Of a stretch of DNA of 64,000 bases, positions 57,812-64,000 are shown piece by piece. Below the pieces are notes generated by a model that did no database searches, was not told the origin of the DNA, and saw only the letters and a program-made list of their open reading frames with translations. The stretch's first letter is position 1; every line of letters starts with the position of its first letter. The translations under genes were made by a program, and so were the position numbers. This stretch comes from an uncultured Corynebacterium sp. (lineage in GTDB: Bacteria > Actinomycetota > Actinomycetes > Mycobacteriales > Mycobacteriaceae). The stretch covers positions 30,260 to 94,259 of the forward strand of contig CAMIFC010000001.1 of NCBI GenBank assembly GCA_946220775.1. Direction: 5' to 3'.

Positions 57812-58852
57812 ATGCGTATTGCGACTCTGACCAGTGGTGGGGACTGTCCCGGACTGAATGCCGTCATCCGCGGTATCGTCCGGACAGCAGGACAAGACGA
57901 TATTGAAGTCCTCGGCTTCGAAGATGGCTTTGAAGGCTTACTAGATGACCGCGTGGTGCCGTTGTATGACGATGCCTACATCGACCGCATCATCCGCTTT
58001 GGTGGCACGATCCTCGGAACGGGGCGGCTACACCCCGATACGTTCCGGGCGGGAATCGACCAAATCAAGGAAAACCTGGCCAAAAATAAAATCGATGCGC
58101 TAATCCCCATTGGTGGCGATGGCACGATGAAGGGCGCCCAATGGCTGCGCGATAATGGGGTGCCAGTGGTTGGCGTCCCAAAAACTATCGATAACGACGT
58201 GGACGGCACGGATTACACTTTCGGCTTCGATACTGCGGTCTCTGTCGCGACGGACGCCATTGACCGGCTGCACACTACCGCGGAGTCGCACGACCGGATC
58301 ATGGTCGTCGAAGTGATGGGGCGGCATGCAGGCTGGATCGCGTTGCACGCGGGCATGGCTGGTGCGGCGCACGACGTCTTGTTGCCGGAATTCCCCTTCG
58401 ATATCGACGAAGTGTGTCGCCGAATGGCCATCCGCATCACGCAGGGGGAGCGCTACGGAATCATTGTCGTCGCTGAAGGCGCGCAACCCATCGGCGGCTC
58501 CATGGGTGGCGACCTGACCGTAGGGGAAGAGGAATACGACCGTTTCGGTCACATCAAGTTCAAGGGCATGGGCGACATGGTGGCCAAGGCCATCGAGGAA
58601 CGCATGGGGCTGGATGTGCGCTCCACAGTGCTTGGCCACATTCAGCGCGGTGGCACCCCAACAGCGTTCGACCGAGTGCTGGCAACTCGCTATGCAGTCA
58701 ACGCGACGCGTGCGGCACTACGCGGGAACTTCGGCAAGGTGGTAGCGCTGCGCGGCGAGAAGATCAAACTGATCAGCTTCGAAGAAGCAGTAGGAAAGCT
58801 GAAGACCGTGCCCTATTACCGCTACCGGAATTTGAAGGCACTGCTGGGATAA
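57812..58852 (+). CDS. pfkA: ATP-dependent 6-phosphofructokinase
   Basis: [22 protein letters not shown]-terminus and GGDGS / MGR motifs. Confidence 0.9.
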   Translation: MRIATLTSGGDCPGLNAVIRGIVRTAGQDDIEVLGFEDGFEGLLDDRVVPLYDDAYIDRIIRFGGTILGTGRLHPDTFRAGIDQIKENLAKNKIDALIPIGGDGTMKGAQWLRDNGVPVVGVPKTIDNDVDGTDYTFGFDTAVSVATDAIDRLHTTAESHDRIMVVEVMGRHAGWIALHAGMAGAAHDVLLPEFPFDIDEVCRRMAIRITQGERYGIIVVAEGAQPIGGSMGGDLTVGEEEYDRFGHIKFKGMGDMVAKAIEERMGLDVRSTVLGHIQRGGTPTAFDRVLATRYAVNATRAALRGNFGKVVALRGEKIKLISFEEAVGKLKTVPYYRYRNLKALLG

Positions 58853-58922
58853 AGTCCTAGGACAATTCCTAGGGTTGAGGCTGTTATGCGCGCTGCGACG
58901 GCACCGTACTAGACTGGCACGC

Positions 58923-60437
58923 ATGACTGCGCCTGTGTATGACTACTCGGACGACGTGATGGACTTTGACGAAGTGCTGGAGCGCTTCGACCCCGTGATG
59001 GGTATGGAAGTTCACGTCGAACTGTCCACGAAAACCAAGATGTTCTCCGCCTCTACCGCGGAGTTCGGTGGCGAACCGAACACCCACGTTGACCCCTGCA
59101 GCCTCGGCCTGCCGGGGGCATTGCCTGTGGTGAATCGCCAGGGTGTGGAGTGGGCGATCAAAATTGGTCTGGCGCTGAATTGCAAGATCGCGCCGTACTC
59201 CCGCTTTGCCCGGAAGAACTACTTTTACCCAGACCAGCCGAAGAACTACCAGATCAGCCAGTACGATGAGCCAATTGCTTACGACGGCTACCTGGACGTT
59301 GTTCTTGAGGACGGCACCGAATGGCGCGTGGAGATCGAGCGTGCCCACATGGAAGAAGACACCGGCAAGCTGACCCACCTGGGTGGCACCTCGGGCCGTA
59401 TTCATGGCGCCACCGCATCCCTCGTGGACTGCAATCGCGCCGGTGTGCCGCTGATTGAGATCGTGACAAAGCCAATCGAAGGTGCCGGCGAGCGCGCACC
59501 AGAGGTAGCCAAGGCTTACGTCACGGCTCTGCGCGACTTGGTGAAGGCGCTGGGTGTCTCCAACGCCCGCATGGACCAGGGTTCCATGCGCGTGGACTCG
59601 AACTTGTCGCTGATGGAAAAGGGCGCCACGGAGTACGGAACCCGCACGGAGACGAAGAACATTAACTCCCTGCGTTCCGTCGAGCAGGCAGTGCGTTTCG
59701 AAATGCAGCGTCAGGCGGCGTGCATCGTCAACGACGTGGAGATCCAACAGGAAACCCGCCACTACCAGGAAGATGGCACCACCTCGAAGGGGCGTCCGAA
59801 GGAGTCCATGTCGGACTACCGCTACTTCAACGACCCAGACCTGCCGCCGGTGATCGCGCCAGCCGAGTGGGTAGAGGAAATCCGAGCCACCCTGCCAGAG
59901 ATGCCATGGATTCGCCGCGTCCGCATCCAGGAGGAGTGGAAGCTGAAGGACGAGGAAATGCGTGACCTCCTCAACGCTGGCGCTCTCGACCTGATTATCG
60001 AGACCGTTGAAGCTGGCGCCCAGCCAACAGAGGCTCGCAGCTGGTGGGTTGCCTACCTGGCACAGAAGTCCAACGAGCAGGGCGTCGAGTTGGAACAGCT
60101 GGCTATCACCCCAGCACAGGTTGCCCGGATCATTGAGCTGGTAGGTGAAGGCAAGCTGACCACCAAGCTGGCCCGCACGGCCGTTGATGGTGTGCTCGCC
60201 GGTGAAGGCGACGTCGACCAGGTTGTCGCTGACCGCGGCCTAGAGGTCGTTCGAGACGACGGCGCCATCGAAGCCGCCGTTGACGAAGCACTGGCCGCCA
60301 ACCCAGACATCGTGGAAAAGTACCGCGCTGGCAACAAGAAGGTCACCGGCGCAATCGTCGGTGCAGTCATGAAGGCCACCAAGGGTAAAGCTGACCCAGC
60401 ACAGGTCAACAAGCTGATCGCGGAGAAGCTCAGCTAG
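58923..60437 (+). CDS. gatB: Asp-tRNA(Asn)/Glu-tRNA(Gln) amidotransferase subunit B
   Basis: GatB/GatE catalytic domain ([17 protein letters not shown]) and C-terminal YqeY-like domain; start set at the ATG at 58923. Confidence 0.93.
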   Translation: MTAPVYDYSDDVMDFDEVLERFDPVMGMEVHVELSTKTKMFSASTAEFGGEPNTHVDPCSLGLPGALPVVNRQGVEWAIKIGLALNCKIAPYSRFARKNYFYPDQPKNYQISQYDEPIAYDGYLDVVLEDGTEWRVEIERAHMEEDTGKLTHLGGTSGRIHGATASLVDCNRAGVPLIEIVTKPIEGAGERAPEVAKAYVTALRDLVKALGVSNARMDQGSMRVDSNLSLMEKGATEYGTRTETKNINSLRSVEQAVRFEMQRQAACIVNDVEIQQETRHYQEDGTTSKGRPKESMSDYRYFNDPDLPPVIAPAEWVEEIRATLPEMPWIRRVRIQEEWKLKDEEMRDLLNAGALDLIIETVEAGAQPTEARSWWVAYLAQKSNEQGVELEQLAITPAQVARIIELVGEGKLTTKLARTAVDGVLAGEGDVDQVVADRGLEVVRDDGAIEAAVDEALAANPDIVEKYRAGNKKVTGAIVGAVMKATKGKADPAQVNKLIAEKLS

Positions 60438-60450
60438 TCTCCTCGGCGTT

Positions 60451-60471
60451 GCCTGGCCGTCATGGCCAGGC
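60451..60471. terminator. hairpin between the convergent gatB and lysE genes (possible bidirectional terminator)
   Basis: GCCTGGCC-gtcat-GGCCAGGC perfect 8-bp stem; no strong U-tract on either side. Confidence 0.35.
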
Positions 60472-60512
60472 CGGTGCCCACAGCGGTAACGAACGTCGCT
60501 AGGGGCAGGGCA

Positions 60513-61142
60513 TCACAGCAGCGCGATCTTCACCGTCAGCACCGTCAGAATGATGCCGAAGATCGCGTTGATAACCCGCCACACATTAGGGCGGGATAGC
60601 GGACCGGCCAGGAATCCTGCGCCATAGCCGACGAGGGGAAACCACACGGCGCTGGCTAAAAGTGCACCGATGGTGAGTAGCCAGCGATCCGTGGGGCCGT
60701 ATTGGTTGGCGATGCCGCCCAACAGCACGAAAGTATCGATGTACGCCGAGGGGTTGAGCCAAGTTAAGGCAATGGCGGCAACAACTGGGCGGGACGACAT
60801 GCCTGGCCGTTTCGTTCGCTCCTGCCGCTCGGCGCGCTCTTCCGTCGAGATATCGACCTTGGTGGGGAAGAACGCGTCTTTAAACGCGGAGAACGCGAAC
60901 CATCCCAAAAATGCGACGCCGATGAATTTCAGTACGTCCAGGACCATGGGGAACTGGGTGACAACAAGCCCACTGCCTAGGGTTCCCAGTGGAATCAGGA
61001 TGGCGTCCGAAAAGAAACAAACAAGGATGACCGCCGTGATGGACTCCCGACGGATGCCTTGTTTGATGAGCAGAATATTCTGCGGGCCGAGCGCGACAAT
61101 TAGGGAAATGCCGAGCAAGAAACCGGCGAGCAGAACCTCCAT
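60513..61142 (-). CDS. lysE: LysE-family basic amino acid exporter (ortholog of C. glutamicum LysE)
   Basis: N-terminal 60 aa almost colinear with C. glutamicum LysE (LGPQN.L.IKQGI.RE....V.LVC..SD) and C-terminal LTWLNPxAYxDxF..GG...QYG motif. Confidence 0.85.
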   Translation of the reverse strand: MEVLLAGFLLGISLIVALGPQNILLIKQGIRRESITAVILVCFFSDAILIPLGTLGSGLVVTQFPMVLDVLKFIGVAFLGWFAFSAFKDAFFPTKVDISTEERAERQERTKRPGMSSRPVVAAIALTWLNPSAYIDTFVLLGGIANQYGPTDRWLLTIGALLASAVWFPLVGYGAGFLAGPLSRPNVWRVINAIFGIILTVLTVKIALL

Positions 61143-61204
61143 ACTCTAGAAACTACCGGTTTTCCGACGACCAGAAGCCGTCGGGGTGAAATTAAGTGGC
61201 GAAA

Positions 61205-62251
61205 TTACGCGAAAGCGCCAGCCTCGTCGCCCTCGAGCTTGTCTTCCGGACGGACCGGGCCTGGGGCAGTGCCAGCACCAAACGGGGTGCCCGGCAAGGA
61301 TTCGCGGTCATGGGCAGCGTAGAACTGCTTCGGGTTCGGTCCGATTGGGACGACACCCGTGGGGTTGATGTCCTGGTGCACCAGGAAGTAGTGGTCCTTG
61401 ATCTGCTGGAAGTTCGTTGTGTCGCCAAAGCCTGGTGTCTGGAACAGATCGCGCAGGTAGCCCCACAGGTTTGGCATTTCCATGATCTTGTTGCGGTTGG
61501 TCTTGAAGTGGTTGTGGTAGACCATGTCGAACCGGATCAGGGTGGGGAAGAGGTACACGTCGGCCAGCGTGATGTGGTCGCCGACCAGGTAGCGGCGGGT
61601 GGATAGGCGTTCCTCGAGCCAGTCAAGGGAGTCGAAGAGCTCCTTGAACGCGGCCTCGTAGGCATCTTGGCTTCCGGCGAAACCGCAGCGGTACACGCCG
61701 TTGTTCACTGTGCGGAATACTCGCTTGTTGACTTCGTCGATCTCGGAGCGGAGCTCTTCCGGGTAGAGGTTCGGCGCGCCCTCGCGGTGGAATTCTCCCC
61801 ATTCGGTGACGAAGTCTTCCACGATCGTGAAGAAATCATTAGACACCACGGATTTGCTCTCGATGTCGACAATTGCCGGAACCGTGATGCCCTTGGGGTA
61901 GCCGGGGAAGCGGTGCATGTAGGCGTCGCGCAGTTTGCCGATTTTCAGCACGGGGTCGATCGAATCCTCATTGAGGTCGAAGGTCCAGGACTGCCAATCG
62001 TGCGTCGGCCCGGTGAGGCCCTGCGAGACTGCATCTTCCAGCCCCATGAGTCGGCGCGTAATGACCGCGCGGTGTGCCCATGGGCAGGCGCGGGCAGCGA
62101 TCAAACGGTATTTTCCGGACGCCACTGGCCAAGGTTTTCCCTCACCTGATTTGGTCGTTGCTGGGTCGAAGTTGTCGGGGGTGGCGACGATGCGGTCGTC
62201 AATGTAGTTCATGTCGCGGTTAAATTCTCCGCCGGTTGCTACGTATGCCAT
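61205..62251 (-). CDS. Xi-class glutathione S-transferase / glutathionyl-hydroquinone reductase (YqjG/ECM4-like)
   Basis: CPWAHR active-site motif; GST N- and C-terminal domains; ATG preceded by a perfect AAGGAGG. Confidence 0.8.
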   Translation of the reverse strand: MAYVATGGEFNRDMNYIDDRIVATPDNFDPATTKSGEGKPWPVASGKYRLIAARACPWAHRAVITRRLMGLEDAVSQGLTGPTHDWQSWTFDLNEDSIDPVLKIGKLRDAYMHRFPGYPKGITVPAIVDIESKSVVSNDFFTIVEDFVTEWGEFHREGAPNLYPEELRSEIDEVNKRVFRTVNNGVYRCGFAGSQDAYEAAFKELFDSLDWLEERLSTRRYLVGDHITLADVYLFPTLIRFDMVYHNHFKTNRNKIMEMPNLWGYLRDLFQTPGFGDTTNFQQIKDHYFLVHQDINPTGVVPIGPNPKQFYAAHDRESLPGTPFGAGTAPGPVRPEDKLEGDEAGAFA

Positions 62252-62409
62252 GAGAGCCTCCTTATATGTGGTGAATCTGTTAAACACCATTGTAGGTGAT
62301 GTGTCACCCAAATGCATGTTTGGCTGATGGTGTGTAGTTTTAGTGTGGCTTATCCGACACTCCGGCTGTCGTCGCAGCATTCGTGCGGTCTGCACCTTAG
62401 GCTGGTGAT

Positions 62410-63828
62410 ATGAACGATGCATCGAAAAAAGACCGGAAGAATCCCCGCCGATTCGGCAAGTCCCTATTTAGTCATGAGGATCAGGATGGTACGCCCGATG
62501 CTGATATCGATGTTCCTGATTATGAAGGCACGCTGAACGACCCTGAAGAAGAAGTAGCGCCGAAGCCTGCTGAGAAAGCCAAGGAAACAGAAGATGTTCC
62601 TGAGACTGAGCAGTTTGAGGCAGCCAAGCCGGAGCCAACGTCTAACCCCGGCGTTACCACCGATACTTCAGAAGCTGACGACGCGCCAAAGGCCTCGGCA
62701 AAGGATGTGCCAAAGGATATGGGCACGCCGGAAGGAGTAGAGGGGGCGACCGCGAGTGCGCCACGACCACGTCGAGATATTTATGAGCTTTCCGGAAGGG
62801 CGCGCCCCCAGCGCATTAGTGCACCAAAAAAGGAACCGGTGAAATCACCGAAGGCTGGTAGTGCCACGAGCGAAGACGCAGCCTTGGATGCTGGTGCCAC
62901 CAAGCACCAGCCTGATTTCGCCGATGCGAAGACAGAGCAGATCAATCTAGGTGACGCTGCCGCAGCATCAGGCGCGGGCGCTGGTGCGACCGCGCACGAT
63001 AGCGAGTCTGAGGCGGATACCTCCGCAGGTGTCGGCCCCGCCGGCGGCGCAGCCGCCTCCGGTGCCGCGCTCGCTGGTGCTGGTGCCCTCGGTGGTGCCG
63101 GCGCACATAACGCCGCGGAGGCGAATGCCGGGGCAACAACACACACCGGACCGGAGTTACATGATGGCCACGGGCTGCACGGCGGTGCTGGAACGCCCGG
63201 CGAAGTTGACCCGAACACCGGAGAGGCCCTGGCAACAGATCCAGCAGCTCCGGGTGCAGCGGGGGCCACCGATGCAGCGGCCACGGATCCAGTCGCCATT
63301 GAGAATGCCAACAAGCGAGGAACACAGTCCTTCGGCCTGGCACTCCTACGGATTGTCGCTGGCGCCGTGTTGTTGGTGACTGGGTTGCAAACCCTCTTCG
63401 GGGTCGCGGGCGATCCGGGCATTAGCGCTCTGGAATCGCGCTTCGGTGGCCTCAACGGTGCCGGGGTGCTGGCGATCGCTGTGCCAACGGTCGAAGTAGT
63501 GGCCGGTGGTCTGCTGATCCTTGGGTTGCTCACCCCCTTTGCTGCGGCAGCCGCCTTCGTTGTTTCGGCCTTTATGGCGACCTTCCATCTGGCGGGTACT
63601 AGTGGTTCACTGTGGCCTTATGGCCTCAACCCGGTCGTTCACCAGTGGGCACTTTATGCATTGATCAGCCTCTCTCTGGTGTTCACAGGACCGGGTCGAG
63701 CCGCATTGGATCGTTCGCGTGGCTGGGCGACCCGCCCACTGGCGTCCGCATGGATCTTTGCAGCTATCGGTATCGTCGGATTCGCCGGACTGTGGCTGGT
63801 TGCCGGTGGGGGTAACCCGCTGCGTTAA
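62410..63828 (+). CDS. DoxX-family membrane protein with an approximately 300-aa acidic, Ala/Gly/Pro-rich low-complexity N-terminal extension
   Basis: The C-terminal 150 aa form a four-helix DoxX pattern (LLRIVAGAVLL...); the N-terminal two-thirds are compositionally biased and probably disordered. Confidence 0.7.
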   Translation: MNDASKKDRKNPRRFGKSLFSHEDQDGTPDADIDVPDYEGTLNDPEEEVAPKPAEKAKETEDVPETEQFEAAKPEPTSNPGVTTDTSEADDAPKASAKDVPKDMGTPEGVEGATASAPRPRRDIYELSGRARPQRISAPKKEPVKSPKAGSATSEDAALDAGATKHQPDFADAKTEQINLGDAAAASGAGAGATAHDSESEADTSAGVGPAGGAAASGAALAGAGALGGAGAHNAAEANAGATTHTGPELHDGHGLHGGAGTPGEVDPNTGEALATDPAAPGAAGATDAAATDPVAIENANKRGTQSFGLALLRIVAGAVLLVTGLQTLFGVAGDPGISALESRFGGLNGAGVLAIAVPTVEVVAGGLLILGLLTPFAAAAAFVVSAFMATFHLAGTSGSLWPYGLNPVVHQWALYALISLSLVFTGPGRAALDRSRGWATRPLASAWIFAAIGIVGFAGLWLVAGGGNPLR

Positions 63829-63916
63829 TACTCCGTAAACCCTTGTGCATTGTGGTTAGCTAGTGAAAAGTTGTTGAACGAACACCGTTGGCGTACACAT
63901 CACAAGGGGATTTTTA

Positions 63917-64000
63917 ATGGCGAAACGCTTACTGTCCACCGCCGTAGCAACAGCGATTGTCGGGATGACATCGACATTCTGCATGGGGGTGGCCAGCGCA
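63917..64000 (+). CDS. 3' truncated ORF, probable secreted protein (signal peptide MAKRLLSTAVATAIVGMTSTFCMGVASA)
   Basis: AAGGGGA RBS followed by ATG and a hydrophobic N-terminus; runs off the window. Confidence 0.4.
   Translation, partial: MAKRLLSTAVATAIVGMTSTFCMGVASA

Overview
This window reads as a high-GC actinobacterial chromosome core region, most consistent with Corynebacterium: it carries a hom-thrB operon, a LysE exporter ortholog, a single-polypeptide type I fatty-acid synthase, and gene order matching the mycobacterial Rv1297-Rv1321 and Rv3030-Rv3009c blocks. Gene order, left to right: hom (5' partial), thrB, an antisense acyl-CoA synthetase, rho, prfA, prmC, tsaC, wecA, an AtpI-like membrane protein, the full F1F0 atp operon (atpBEFHAGDC), a DUF2550 gene, a five-gene Dpp/Nik-like ABC importer whose first permease carries an in-frame TGA, nucS, a thioredoxin/TPR co-chaperone, a standalone ABC ATPase, a NUDIX gene, a methyltransferase, etfBA, a cysteine desulfurase, mnmA, a conserved hypothetical, ligA (minus strand), then a lipid-synthesis block (acyl-CoA carboxylase alpha and beta, 9.6 kb FAS-I, acpS), a 40-aa small ORF, a DnaQ-like exonuclease, ilvA, an ACT protein, gatC, gatA, a NUDIX gene, pfkA, gatB, lysE, a Xi-class GST, a DoxX protein with a long disordered N-terminus, and a 3' partial secreted-protein gene. 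No rRNA, tRNA, CRISPR array or recognisable IS/transposase was seen. Most ORF-track entries on the strand opposite long genes (for example the 1378-aa ORF inside fas) are GC-driven shadow ORFs and were rejected. The strongest leads are a recurring intergenic motif TTTTT(A/C)GGACGCCAA (six copies, two arranged as inverted pairs), a standalone 40-aa ORF with its own RBS and terminator preceded by direct repeats, the nonsense codon in the permease, and the accBC-accD-fas-acpS block sitting between ligA and the gatCAB block. The ORF track renders GTG/TTG starts as M; starts were adjusted where an RBS or alignment supported it.
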